This document shows, one piece after another, positions 23,901 through 36,554 of a stretch of 64,000 nt of DNA. The first letter of the stretch is position 1. Each line of letters opens with the position of its first letter. This stretch comes from Mobula hypostoma (lineage: Eukaryota): NCBI RefSeq assembly GCF_963921235.1, contig NC_086097.1, forward strand, positions 41,604,001-41,668,000, written 5' to 3'. The notes under the pieces are model-generated. The model had not been told where the DNA came from, ran no database searches, and saw only the letters and a list, made by a program, of their open reading frames with translations. Both the position numbers and the translations under genes were made by a program.

Positions 23901-24870
23901 AAACACATTGATGAAGGTAGAGCCATAGTTGTAGTGTATATGGATTTTAGCAAGCCATTTTATAAGGTACCCCATACAGGGCTTATTGACAAAGTAAGAA
24001 GACATGGGATCCAAGGGGAAATTGCTTTGTGGATCCAAAACTGGCTTGCCCACAGAAGGCAAAGAGTGGTTGTAGATGGGTAAAAATTCTGCATGGAGGT
24101 TGGTGACCAGTGGGGTGCCTCAGGGATCTGTTCTGGGACCCCTACTTGTTGTGTTTTTTATAAATGACCTGGATGAGGAAGTGGAGGGATGGGTTAGTAA
24201 ATTTGCTGATGACACAAAGGTTGGAGGTGGTGTGGATAGTGTGGAGGGCTGTCAGAGGTTACAGCTGGACATTGATAGGATGCAAAACTGGGCTGAGAAG
24301 TGGAAGATGGAGTTCAACCCAGATAAGTGTGAGGTGGTTCATTTTGGTAGGTCAAATATGATGACTGAATATAGTATTAATGGTAAGACTCTTAGCAGTG
24401 TGGAGAATCAGAGGGATCTTGGGGTCTGAACCCATAGGACACTCAAAGCTGCTGCGCAGGTTGACTCTGTGGTTATGAAGGCATACGGTGCATTGGCCTT
24501 CATCAATCGTGGACTGAGTTTTTAGATCCGAGAGTTAATGTTGCGGCTATATCGGACCCTGGTCAGACCCCACTTGGAGTGCTGTGCTCAATTCTGGTCA
24601 CAGGAAGAAGGTGGAAACCATAGCAAGGGTGCAGAGGAGATTTTCAAGGTTGTTGCCTGGGTTGGCGAGTATGCTTTATGAGAATTGGTTGAATGAACTT
24701 GGCCTTTTCTCCTTGGAGCGATGGAGGATGAGAGGTGACCTGATAGAGATATACAAGATGATGAGAGGCATTGATCGTGTGGATAATCAGAGGCTTTTTC
24801 CCAGGGCTGAAGTGGCTAGCATGAGAGGGCACAGTTTTAAGGTGCCTGGATTTAGGTACAGAGGAGATAC
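20960..24870 (+). mobile_element. Near-full-length CR1 LINE with frameshifted ORF1 and ORF2; own 3' tail missing
   Basis: 5'UTR, then ORF1 zinc finger/zipper (CARCQMW...HICARC, 21179..21454), SGNH esterase (VIGDSIVR, DRLHL, 21575..22114), endonuclease (YDVVAITETW) and RT (GVPQGSVLGP, FADDTK). Confidence 0.95.
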
Positions 24871-26011
24871 AAGTGCATGGTATGACAGGAACGATTCTAG
24901 CATGGATACAAGCAGTGGCTGATTGGCAGGAGGCAAAGAGTGGGAATAAAGGGAGCCTTTTTATGGCTGACTGCTGGAGACAAGTGGTATTCCACAGGGG
25001 TCTGTGTTGAGACCAATCTTTTTATGTTATATGCCAATGATTTGGATGATGGAATTGATGGCTTTGTTGCAATTTTTTGCAGACAATATAAAGATAGGTG
25101 GAGAGAAAGTCAGCTTTGAGGAAGTAGAGAGGCTACAAAAGGACTGAGACAGATTTGTAGAATGACAAAGAAGTGACAGATGGAATACAGTATCAGGAAG
25201 TATATGGTCATGCACTTTGGTAGAAGAAATGAAAGGGCTGACTATTTTTTAATTGGAGAGAAAATACAAAAACTTGAGGCACAAAGGGACTTGAGAGTCC
25301 TTGTGTGGGATTCCTTAAAGGTTAATTTGCAGTGAAGTCTGTGGTGGGGAAGGCAAATATGAAGTTATCATTCATTTCAAGAGTACTAGAATGTAAAAGC
25401 AAGGATGTAATGTTGAGACTTTATGAAGCACTGGTTAGGCCTCACTTAGAGTATTGTGAGCAGTTTTGGGCCCCTTATTTTAGAAAGAATGTGCTCAGAC
25501 TGGAGAGGGTCAAAAGGAAGTTCACAAAAATGATTCCAAGATGGAATGGCTTGTCATTGGAGGAATGTTTGTTGGGCCTATATTCACTAGAATTCAGAAA
25601 AATAAGGGGTGACTTCATTGAAACCTATCAAATGGTGAAAAGCCTTGACAGAGTGTATGTGGAGAGGATGCTTCCATGTATGTAGGAGAGTCTAAGACCA
25701 GAGGACATAGCCTCAGAATTGAGGGGCGTCCTTTTAGAATGGAGATGAGGAGGAATTTCTTTCGCCAGAGAGTGGTGGATCTGTGAAAGTCTTTGCAACA
25801 GACAGCTGTGGAGGCCAAGTCTTTATGTCTCTTAAGGACAGAGATTGATAAATTCTTGATTGGTCAGGACATGAAGGGTTGCAGGGAGAAGGGAAGAGAC
25901 TGGGTCTGAGAGGAAATTTGGATCAGTCATGATGAAATGGTGAAGCAGACTCAATAGACCAAATGGCTTAATTCTGCTCCTATATCTTATGGTCTTTTGG
26001 TCTCATGGTCT
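24871..26011 (+). mobile_element. 5'-truncated CR1 of a different subfamily, joined to the previous element
   Basis: Restarts in mid-RT. ORF 25332..25685 and a TATGGTCTTTTGGTCTCATGGTCT tail. Confidence 0.9.
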
Positions 26012-26054
26012 TTGTTGCCGCATGATACACTGATCAATACTTATGTAATTGAGT

Positions 26055-26093
26055 AGGTGTACAGGTATAACTAATAAAGTGGCCACTGATGTA
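26055..26093. repeat. Probable Tc1/mariner terminal inverted repeat remnant
   Basis: The reverse complement TACA.CAGTGGCCACTTTATTAG.TA.ACCTGTAC resembles a fish Tc1-type end. No partner TIR is evident. Confidence 0.45.
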
Positions 26094-27639
26094 TGTTCTG
26101 TGTTCAAAGCAGTTGAACACAATGAAAAGGTACAGATTAGTCAACTGCATGATCCAGCACAATGAAGCAATGTGTCAAAGGTCAATTGTCCACATATTTG
26201 ACAGGGGTAGTTACACCTTCCGTATAAAGACATGACTACTAGCAAGTTGATGTCAAAGCCTTCATGCAGTTTCCTCCACATACATCTTGAGACCAACATA
26301 TTATGTGTTGATTCCGTTACTGTGTTGATTACTGTTATGTGAACACAGAAGGAATCACTAAATACAATCAAGGAGGTAATGGAGAGAAAGACCCAGGTTT
26401 GGAATGCTTTAGAGGAATGTTATTTCATTTGCTAAAATACATGTGTATGGTTGAATGACAACAAACTGAACTTGAACTTAAACTAATCAGTGTAGAGATC
26501 GCTGCTTGACGGTAACACTTGCTACAATGAAATGATCCTCAAGAGCAAAATTCAGCCAAGATAGTTAATCCAAAGCCTCCTCTTCAAACCAAACGTCACA
26601 ACCTTTCACTTCCCCCAGTAGAATCAACCGCAGTCAGGCTCATCTCTCCAGTCACCAATTCTTCCACTCCACCTCCAACTTCTACTGATGTGTGTGGGTT
26701 TATTTTTGTCAGTTTACACTAAATTGTAATGCATGTACACTGCTTAATAAGTAATATTGTAATGTCGTTATAATGTATGCACAATGAGGCTCTCAGCAAT
26801 CATTCAATGCTAGTAAAATAATATTTTATATAATGAAGATGTATTGCCTATCTTAATAGAATGACTGTTTTTTCAGTCGTTTACCTAGTATACTATGTGA
26901 TTTATCAGTGCTTATTTATCTTTTAAAATGAATTGTCCTTGCTATGCTGCTATAAAAACAAATAACCCCACCATTTCCTACTAATTACATTATCTGCCAC
27001 CCTCTTACCCCAATGTACAGTACATCTTCATTCCTTTGCAAAGACCCAATATTCTCTATGATAGCTCATTTTCCTGTTCAGCGTTATATCAACGGCAAAC
27101 CTGGATAAGCGGCCTCTGTCCTTTCACACAGTTTGTTAATATGGTTTGTAAATTACTGAGGACTCTTATAATCTATGTGGCATTCCACTTGGAAAAGCCT
27201 TCCAATCTAAAAATGTTCCACTAGTTCATATTCTTTGCTAACTCATAGTTTCTATCCATGTAATACAGGTGTCCAGGCTTTATGGACTCTTAATCACAAG
27301 AGCATTTCTCTTGTGTCGTTTTATCAATCAGATTTTGAAAAACTAAATACCCTGATTTTTCTATTATTCATCATGCCATTTACATCCACTAACCAACCAT
27401 TTCCTTAATATAATTCTCCTTTATAAACATACAACAATGTTGCTTAATCATATTTTGATATTCTTTGTTGGATTCAAACATTTTCCCAACAACAGATATC
27501 TGACTAATTGCTCTGGAAGTATTTCCTCTCCCTCCTTTCCTGAATGACAGTTTTGTTCCCACAAACTGGAATTGAAGCTATTAGGGAATTTACCTTTGGC
27601 ATTTCATGAACTTTCATACACCTAGTTTGCATAGCTACA

Positions 27640-28330
27640 TCCTGACAAGTGTGAAGTGATGCATTTGCGGTACACAGTAAATGGCAGGGCCCACTGGAGT
27701 TTGACCTTGGGGTACAAATTTATGAAGGTGGCACTACAGATAGAGAGGCAAGTAAAGAACGGTTGTAGGGTGATTGCCTTCATCACCATGGCACAGAATT
27801 TAAGAGCAAGAATGTTATGGAAAAACCGTATGAAGACTTTCTTAAGACCTCGCCACTATGTGTGGATCTGGTCACCACATGATAGGAAGGATGTGATTGT
27901 GCTGGAGAGTGTGCAGAGAAAATTCATAAGGATGTTGCCGGGACTGGAACATTACAGTGATAATGAGAGAATGAATCGGGTGATTTAAACCGAGGAGGCT
28001 GAAGAGGGACCTGGTAGAGATAAAGATAATAATGAGGGAGATTGATAGCGTAGTGAGAAAGGACCTGTTTTCCTTGGTGAGGTGTCTGAAACAAAAGTAC
28101 ATACATATAAGTTGAGAGCTAGGAATCATAGAGGGGATCCAAGGAGGATTTTTTTCCCCACCAGTAGAGTGGTTAGAATCTGGAAATACTCAGTCATTCT
28201 CATAACATTAAACAGCAGCTGGGCAATCACTTGTCAAAACATAGACAGCAATGGTCAAATGCAGGTAAGTGGACCAATATAGACAAGAACACTGGCTAAC
28301 ATGGATGGTGGGCAGAAGGGCTTCCTTCTC
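27640..28330 (+). mobile_element. Decayed CR1 3' portion
   Basis: ORF 27656..27988 (WSPHDRKDVIVLESVQRKFIRMLPGL). Confidence 0.8.
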
Positions 28331-29099
28331 TTCAAAATAGTAAATTCCTCATTTTGAAGGTGTATGAACAAGGTTCCAATGCACCTGGTGAAATAATGCC
28401 AGAACATGTGCAGATTTAAAGAAATTAATTGCGCTGGTTCAGGTCTACATTGCCCTGCAGAGGAAGTCAAATAGTATACATCATTAAAATAGGGTGATTG
28501 AAACATTTCCAGATGGGAACTCTACCACTGCTGGTATCATCTCAGTCGCTTTACATTTCCAGCTCAGTTACCTCGATGGTGTCATTAACACTTAGCCTTT
28601 GTACAAAATGTACTAGATGGAGGAGAAGCCCTGATAATATTAATCGACACTGCTGGTAATTGATTTTTTAAATGAGCTGGATCACGAAATCCAATGGACT
28701 GTGTACATGGTAAGTACATTAAGTCATGTACTGTGTTAAACAATGTAAATGTATCACACACTGATCTTTTTTGTTTGTGGCTGGAAAAATGTATTTCCCA
28801 AGTCAGTGATTAAGTATTTTATACAAGAATTAATCCTTTACCCCTAATGAACTGATGTGTGTTAACATTAAGGTCAGGTTTTTTTAACCAAGATATTAAA
28901 AAGCATATTTCTAAACTATAGCCTTATGCAACAATGGTAAATAATTGCTGATTTGGACACAATGGGATGAATGACCTTTTCCTTTGGCTAAAATTTCTAA
29001 GATTCTGTAAAGCATTAAACTTTATGGGCTTTGAGTAGAGATGGTGCTTGGGTAATGCAGTGTACCAAACCCAATGGGAATAGCTGGTGCATGTACCAT

Positions 29100-29680
29100 C
29101 ACAGAACATAGAATAGAACACAGAACACAGGAACATACCCTTCAGCTTAGTTTGCCTTACAGACCATGATACAAATTTAAACCACGTATCTGCCTGCACA
29201 TGGTCAATATCTCTTTATTCTCCGCCTGGTCATTTATTTGTCTAAATAACTCTTATTTTATCTGCATCCACCACTTTGCTTAGCAGTGCATTCCAGCCGT
29301 CTACTACTCTCTGTGTTAAATATCTCATTAATCTTCCTTAAACTTTCCCATTCTCACCTTAAACCCATGCCCTGTTGTATTTGAAATATCTAACTTGGGA
29401 AAAGACCGGCTTTACTTATGCTACTTATAATTTTATATACCTCTGTCAGGTTGCCTCTCAGTCTCCACTGCTCCTGAGAAACCAATCCATGTTTGTCCAA
29501 CCTATCCTTATAGCTAATACCCTTTAATCCAGGCAATATGCTGGCAAATCTCTTCCGCAGCATCTCAAAAGCCTCCACATTCCTCCTGTAATGAAACAAG
29601 GTGCCAGAACCACACTCAATACCCCAAGTATGGACTAAACAAAATTATGTACAGCTGCAGTGACTTCTCAACTGTTATAT
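29100..29680 (-). mobile_element. Decayed CR1 3' portion
   Basis: ORF 29390..29599 and an AGAACATAGAATAGAACACAGAAC tail. Confidence 0.8.
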
Positions 29681-29774
29681 TGTAAAAACTGTATAGCAGC
29701 CATTAAAATAAAGTAAGATAGCTTGACACCTATGTGCTCTTTGCACCATATTAGCAACCCCACCTAACTATTTA

Positions 29775-29876
29775 TGGGTTTATTACTATTTATTATTTAT
29801 GGTGCAACTGTAACGAAAACCAGTTTCCCCCGAGATCAATAAAGTATGACTATGAATATAACTATGACTATGACTC
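29775..29876 (+). mobile_element. Rex1/Babar 3' tail with (TATGAC)n
   Basis: GGTGCAACTGTAACGAAAAC...GATCAATAAAGTATGACTATGA is the reverse complement of about 1737-1790. Confidence 0.7.
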
Positions 29877-30069
29877 TGACTCATGTAGAGCTGCAGCCAG
29901 ATGCTCAGTGGACAGGTGGATAGTCAGACGCTGGAGCATCTGACCCCCTCCAGTGGCTCACATGGTCATACCGAGCAACAAGAGCTGAGAGCAAGCACCT
30001 AGCGCAGAGCTGCTGGCCGGCACAATTTAGATCAGAACCCTCCCACCCAATGCTAGGATTTTAAATTGA

Positions 30070-30628
30070 GAACTTCCCATTCCCATTCCAATATGTCCAT
30101 CCATGGCCTCCTCTACTGTCGCGATGAGGCCACACTCAGATTGGAGAAATACCTATAGAATATAACAACTCTTTATGTTCTGTCTGGGTAGCCTCCAACC
30201 TGAAGGCATGAACATTGATTTCTCAAACTTCTGGTCATGCCCCCCGCCTTCTCTCCCTCTCCTTCACCATTTCCCATCCCCTTTTCCCTCTCTCACCTTA
30301 CCAGCTTGCCTGCCCATCTCTTCCCTCTGGTTCTCCTCCCTGCTTTTCTTTCTTCCATGGCCAACTATCCCCACCTATCGGACTCCACCTTCATCCGGCC
30401 CTGTATTTCTTTCAGCAATTAACTTCCCAGCTCTTTACTTCATCGCTTCCCCTCCTGGTTTCACCTATCACTTTGTGTTTCTCTCTCCCCTCCCTCATCT
30501 CTTAAATCTACTCCTCATCTATTTTTCTCGAGTCTTGCTGAAGGGTTTTGGTCTGAAATGTCAACGGTACTTTTTTCCATAGATGCTGCCTGGCCTGTTG
30601 AGTTCCTCCAGCATTTTGTGTGTGTTGT
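30070..30628 (+). mobile_element. Penelope-like element 3' fragment
   Basis: FCLGSLQPEGMNIDFSNF (end of the GIY-YIG ORF), a pyrimidine-rich UTR and a degenerate hammerhead at about 30530-30567. Confidence 0.85.
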
Positions 30629-32005
30629 AAGTTGAATAATATGTTCTTCAACTTCTTTTCAGTCTTTTCAAGGCAACTTTCACACTGTTTTTCAACCGAA
30701 ATCCTAGAAATCTAGGCTTTTATATCATTTCCTGGCCTGCAGCATCACAGGACTTGTGTAAAGACAAAATCCAGTTTGTATATTATATATTAATTATGCA
30801 TAAGCTGCAGAAGAAGTTGAAGAAAAAAGTATGCAAATCAAGACATTAGTGCAAAAAGACACAGCAGAGACAAATTCATAGTAGTGCAAGCGTTTGCCAG
30901 TACTGTACTGTTGTTGAACAGGTTTAAGTCGAAACATATGCACCGTGCACAGTTTTCTAAATTACATAGGAAGCATTTAAGTTAAAATACTGATTAAGTG
31001 CTTTATTCCTGAACTTAATGAAAATACATTTGCTTATATACACACTTAGTTGAAGAAAAGCTGAACGATTTCGGGCAATGCTTTATTAAGGTCAAATGCA
31101 TATACATAATTTTAACCAGTTGTTTGAGGTGTGCATCTGTCTACGTTTATGTCAAGTACATTTTAAGGAAACAAATGGCACTATTATGTCGGCACCAGTC
31201 CCACATTTCTCCAAAGACTCATAGATGTCAGATGAGTAACCTCCAGTTAATAAGATTCATTATAGTTCTGTAATTCTGTTGATCCCAAACCAATCACAAT
31301 CTCATGCTCCATTTGGTCCCTGACATTATTGATGCAGATATTCCAGTTCTTCACCGGCCTGTGATGTATTGCTATCAGAGAGAGAACAGTTTCCGTGCAA
31401 TAAGATATGCATTGTAGTTAAAACATGACTCAGATCGACTAATTGCTGAGTTAAGGAGTGCTGGAGATTGGGCCTTCATTTCTGAACTTTTACAAGGATT
31501 GTGTATGTTATTACTTTCACCAATATAATTTGGAAATTGGAGCTGTGCCAGCATCTGTTCCGGAAGAGAGCCCAGAGGAATTCCCAGAGTTTAACAGGAG
31601 CTTCTATGTGTACAGCACATTCAGTGCCTCCCTGTCACAGGACTTGGCTGTGGAGGATAAGTGGGAACAAATTGCCAGGGATGGAGGCTAATGTGAAAGG
31701 ACCATTGTCCAGAGATTTAACATGCTGCACTGTTCATGCATAGTTACCTGGCATCAGCCGAAGAGTAGTAGCTTAGGAAGCTACAATTTTACTGGGAGAC
31801 TGTGAACCAGCTGTGTCCTTTCTTACAGGAAAATCTTCAGCCATTCATTTCACAATTATCAGCACTCTCTGGTTTATTCCAGCTTTTGCACCCTGCAAAT
31901 CCATATTCTTAGACCATCAGACCATAAGACAAAGGAGCAGAAGTCTGCCATTTGGCCCATCGAGTCTGCTCTGCCATTTTATCATGAGCTGATCCATTCT
32001 CCCAT

Positions 32006-35000
32006 TTAGTCCCACTCCCCCGCCTTTTCACCATAACCTTTGATGCCCTGGCTACTCAGATACCTATCAATCTCTGCCTTAAATACACCCAATGACTTGG
32101 CCTTCACTGCCTCCTGTGGCAACAAATTCCATAGATTCACCACCCTCTGGCTAAAAAACTTTCTTCGCATTTCTGTTCTGAGTGGGCGCCCTTCAATCCT
32201 TAAGTCATGCCCTCTCGTACTAGACTCCCCCATCATGGGAAACAACTTTGCCACATCCACTCTGTCCATGCCTTTAAACATTCGAAATGTTTCTATAAGG
32301 TCTCCCCTCATTCTTCGAAATTCCAAGGAATACAGTCCAAGAGCGGACAAACGTTCCTCATATGTTAATCTTCTCATTCCCGGAATCATTCTAGTGAATC
32401 TTCTCTGTACCTTCTCTAACTTCAGCACATTCTTTCTTAAATAAGTGTGGTAAACCATGTATATATGTTGTAACTCGGTTACCTGTCTGGACACACCCTT
32501 CTGCTGACTGTCCCTGTGGCTCCTCCCACAGAGTCCTGTATAAAGGTGTTCACCTTGCCCCTCCCCCTCAGTCCGAGGGCAGACACTCACTGTGGAGGTC
32601 GTATTGTACAGCGAATAAAAGCCTTTCAGTATTTTACCAAACCTCAGTCTTTTGGAGTAATTGAAGGTGCTTCAATAAGGAGACCAAAACTGCCCACAGT
32701 ACTCCAAGTGAGGTCTCACCAGCGCCTTATAGAGCCCTAACATCACATCCCTGCTCCTATACTCTATTCCTCTAGAAATGAATGCCAACATTGCATTCCC
32801 CTTCTTCACTACTGACTCAACCTGGAGGTTAACCTTAAGGGTATCCTGTACAAGGACTCCCAAGTCTCGTTGCATCTCAGAACTTTGAATTCTTACCCCA
32901 TATAAATAATAGTCTGCCCGGTTATTACTTCTGCCAAAGTGCATAACCATACACTTTCCAACATTGTACTTCATTTGCCACTTCTTTGCCCATTCTTCCA
33001 ATCTACCCAAGTCTCTCTGAAGACTCTCCGTTTCCTCAGCACTACCGGCCCCTCCACCTATCTTCATATCATCAGCAAACTTAGCCACAAAGCCAACTAC
33101 TCCATAATCCAAATCATTGATGTACAATGTAAAAAGAAGTGGCCCCAACACGGACCCCTGTGGAACACCACTGGTAACCGGCAGACAACCAGAATAGGAT
33201 CCCTTTATTCCCACTCTCTGTTTCCTGCCAATCAGCCAATGCTCTATCCACGTATGTATCTTTCTCGTAATTCCATGGGCTCTTATCTTGTTAAGCAGCC
33301 TCGTGTGTGGCACCTTGTCAAAGGCCTTCTGAAAATCCAAATATATAACATCCACTGCATCTCCCTTGTCTAGCCTACTTGTAACTTCCTCAAAAAATTG
33401 TAATAGTTTTGTCAGGCAGGATTTTCCTTTAAGGAATCCATGCTGAGTTCTGCCTATCTTGTCATATGCCTCCAGGTACTCTGTAACCTCATCCTTGACA
33501 ATCGACTCCAATAACTTCCCAACCACCGATGTCAAGCTAACAGGTCTATAATTTCCTTTTTGCTTCCTTGCGCCCTTCTTAAATAGCAGAGTTACATTTG
33601 CAATCTTCCAGTCCTCCGGAACCATGCCAGAATCTATCGACTTTCGAAAGCTCATCACTAATGCCTCCGCAATCTCCACAGCTACTTCCTTCAGAACACG
33701 TGGGTGCATTCCATCTGGTCCAGGAGATTTATCTACCTTTAGACTAGTCAACTTCCTGAGTACTTTCTCTGTCGTAATTGTGACTGTGCACACTTCTCTT
33801 CCCTGCCACCCTTGAGTGTCCAGTATACTGCTGATGTCTTCCTCAGTGAAGACTGATGCAAAATACTTGTTCAGTTCCTCTGCCATCTCCTTATCTCCCA
33901 TTACAATTTCTCCAGCATCATTTTCTATCAGTCCGATATCTACTCTCACCTGTCTTTTAGTCTTTATATACTTGAAAAAGCTTTTAGTATCCTCTTTGAT
34001 ATTATTTGCTAGCTTCCTTTCATAGTTAATCTTTTCTCTCTTAATGACCTTCTTAGTTTCCCTTTGTAAGGTTTTAAAAACTTCCCAGTCCTCTGTCTTC
34101 CCACTAATTTTTGCTTTCTTGTATGCCCTCTCCTTTGCTTTAACTTTGGCTTTGACTTCTCCTGTCAACCACAATTGCATCCTTTTTCCATTCAAAAATT
34201 TCTTGTTTTCTGGAATATACCTGTCCTGCACCTTCTTCACTTCTCGCATAAACTCCAGCCACTGCTGATCTGCCATCTTTTCCGCCAGCGTCCCTTTCCA
34301 GTCAACTTTGGCCAGTTCCTCTTTCATGCCACTGTAATTTCCTTTACTCCACTGAAATACCAACACATCAGATTTTGGCTTCTCTTTTTCAAATTTCACA
34401 GTGAACTCAATCATGTTGTGATCACTGTCTCCTAAAGGTTCCTTCACCTCAATCTCTCTAATCACCTCCAGTTCATTACACAATGCCCAATCCAGTACAG
34501 CCGATCCTCTAGTGGGCTCAACAACAAGCTGTTCTAAAAAGCCATCTTGCAGACATTCTACAAATTCTCTCTCTCGAGATCCAGTGCCGACCTGATTTTC
34601 CCAATCCACTCACATGTTGAAATCCTCCACAATTATCACAATACTGCCCTTCTGAAAAGCCTTTTCTTTTTCCTGTTGTAATTTGTAGTCCACATCACTG
34701 TAGCTGTTTGGAGGCCTATAAATAACTGCCATCAGGGTCCTTTTACTCTTGCAATTTCTTAGCTCAACCCATAAAGATTCTGCACCTTCCGATCCTATAT
34801 CACCTCTTTCTAATGATTTAATATCATTTCTTACCAATAAAGCCATGCCTCCCCCTCTGCCTACCTTCCTATCCTTCCGATACACCGTGTATCCTTGGAC
34901 GTTCAGCTCCCAGAGACATGCATCCTTTAGCCACGTCTCAGTGATGGCCACAATATCATACCTGCCAATCTGTAGCTGTACGACAAGATCATCCACCTTC

Positions 35001-35158
35001 TTCCTTATGCTGCGTGCATTTAAGTATAACACCTTAAGACCAGTATTTGGTACTTTTCCCTTTGATTTCACTGCAACCTTATTGCACTGCAATTCATCCC
35101 AATATCTACAAATTTGCCCCATCACCTGCCTGTCTTTCCTGACATCTTTACTGCTCAC
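32006..35158 (-). pseudogene. CR1 ORF2p (APE endonuclease plus RT), broken by one in-frame TGA and a solo LTR
   Basis: YLNARSI, ITETW, DFNM*(34610-34612), SDHN, YLDFQKAFDKVPH, GVPQGS, FADD. FWSPY|LRKNV is split by the LTR. Confidence 0.93.
32446..32674 (+). mobile_element. 229-bp solo LTR
   Basis: TG...CA ends; TSD ATAAG at 32441-32445 and 32675-32679; TATAAA at 32539; AATAAA at 32614. Confidence 0.92.
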
Positions 35159-35226
35159 TATCTTATATTTATTTCTGTTTTCCCCTTCCTCCGCTCTGTC
35201 ATTTCAGTTCCCATCCCGCTGCCAAA

Positions 35227-36162
35227 TTAGTTTAAACCCTCCCTAATAGCTCTATTAAACTTTCCCACCAGGATATTGGTCCCCTTTGGGCTCAGGTGTA
35301 ACCTGTCCTTTTTGAACAGATCATACTTCCCCCAGAAGAGATCCCAATTATCCAAGAATCTGAAACCCTGCCCCCTGCACCAGTCTCTCAGCCACGCATT
35401 CAGCTGCCTGCTTCTACTATTCTTGCCCTCGCTAGCACGTGGCACAGGTAGCAATCCCGAGATTACTACCCTGGAGGTCCTGCTTCTCAGCTTCCTTCCT
35501 AACTCCTGGAAATCTCTCTTCAGGACCTCCTCCTTTATCCTATCTATGTCATGGGTACCAACATGTACCAAGGCAATTGGCTGCTCACCCTCCCCCTTCA
35601 GAATATTCAGGACCCGATCCGAGACATCCCGTACCCTGGCACCTGGGAGGCAACACACCATGCAGGTATCTCTATCAGGCTCACAGAATCTCCTGTCCAT
35701 TCCCCTGACTATGGAATCCCCTATGACTACCGCATTCCTCTTCTCCCTCCTTCTCTCCTGCACAACAGCGCCAGGCTCAGTGCCAGAGACCCGGTCACCG
35801 TGGGCATGCCCTGTCAGGTCATTTCCCTCAACAGCATCCAGAACAAGATATTTGTTGCTGAGAGGGACAGCCACAGGTGTGCTCTCCACTATCCGGGCAT
35901 TTTCCTTCCCTCTCTTGACAGTGACCCAGTTTTCTGACCCCTGTAGCCTAGGGATGACTGCCTCCCTGTAGCTCCTGTCTATCACCTCTTCACTTTCCCT
36001 GATAAGCAGTAGGTCATCAAGCTGCAGCTCCAGATCCCTAACACGGTCTCTGAGGAGCTGCAGCTCGGTGCACCTGGCGCAGATGTGGCCATCAGGGACG
36101 CTGGAGGTCTCCCAGGATTCCCACATCTGACACCCTGAACAAAGCACTAACCCTGCAGGCAT
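35227..36162 (-). CDS. CR1 ORF1p, open (311 aa): zinc finger/leucine zipper plus SGNH esterase
   Basis: CSGC...HICARC, heptad leucines, and the SGNH blocks GDS, GTHD and DRLH. Confidence 0.9.
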   Translation of the reverse strand: MPAGLVLCSGCQMWESWETSSVPDGHICARCTELQLLRDRVRDLELQLDDLLLIRESEEVIDRSYREAVIPRLQGSENWVTVKRGKENARIVESTPVAVPLSNKYLVLDAVEGNDLTGHAHGDRVSGTEPGAVVQERRREKRNAVVIGDSIVRGMDRRFCEPDRDTCMVCCLPGARVRDVSDRVLNILKGEGEQPIALVHVGTHDIDRIKEEVLKRDFQELGRKLRSRTSRVVISGLLPVPRASEGKNSRSRQLNAWLRDWCRGQGFRFLDNWDLFWGKYDLFKKDRLHLSPKGTNILVGKFNRAIREGLN

Positions 36163-36554
36163 GCTATCTAATTCTACAGGAATGAAACAGGAAAAATAAG
36201 TCTACTCACCCACTTACCTCGCCAAACAGACGCACTTTTTAAACAGTTAGCTCGTACCGTTAGCTGTGAGAGCCCTGCTGTTCCTGTTTGTCCGGGCCGA
36301 TTTGTGAAAGGGGGGGAGAAAAGAAGAGTTGGTGCTTCGCTCTCGCCTCTTCCCATTTACTGCCGAAGCCCATTGAAGCCAAAGCCCTACACTCTGCTCC
36401 CACTCACTCCACTGCCCGCTCCGACAGCTGCCCGCTGTATAGGGTGGTCTCCTTTTTAAACTTTCCACGCTGTCCTGTTGATGTCATGCGCCTGTGCAGT
36501 CTCGTCCTTCTTGCACTCGATATTCTTATCCAGCTTTCTACCCAAATGTTCATA

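Larger units (their letters stand above)
31912..36519 (-). mobile_element. Full-length young CR1 LINE with 9-bp TSD
   Basis: ATATTCTTA at 31903-31911 and 36520-36528. 5'UTR, ORF1, ORF2 and the TATGGTCT-type tail are all present. Confidence 0.97.

Noticed and set aside
31458..31743. Overlapping 77- and 80-aa ORFs in unique sequence
   Set aside because: Non-ATG starts, no recognisable family and no convincing splice sites.
35276..35971. 231-aa + strand ORF and similar ORFs at 34749, 42470 and 23200
   Set aside because: Antisense shadows of CR1 ORF1/ORF2.
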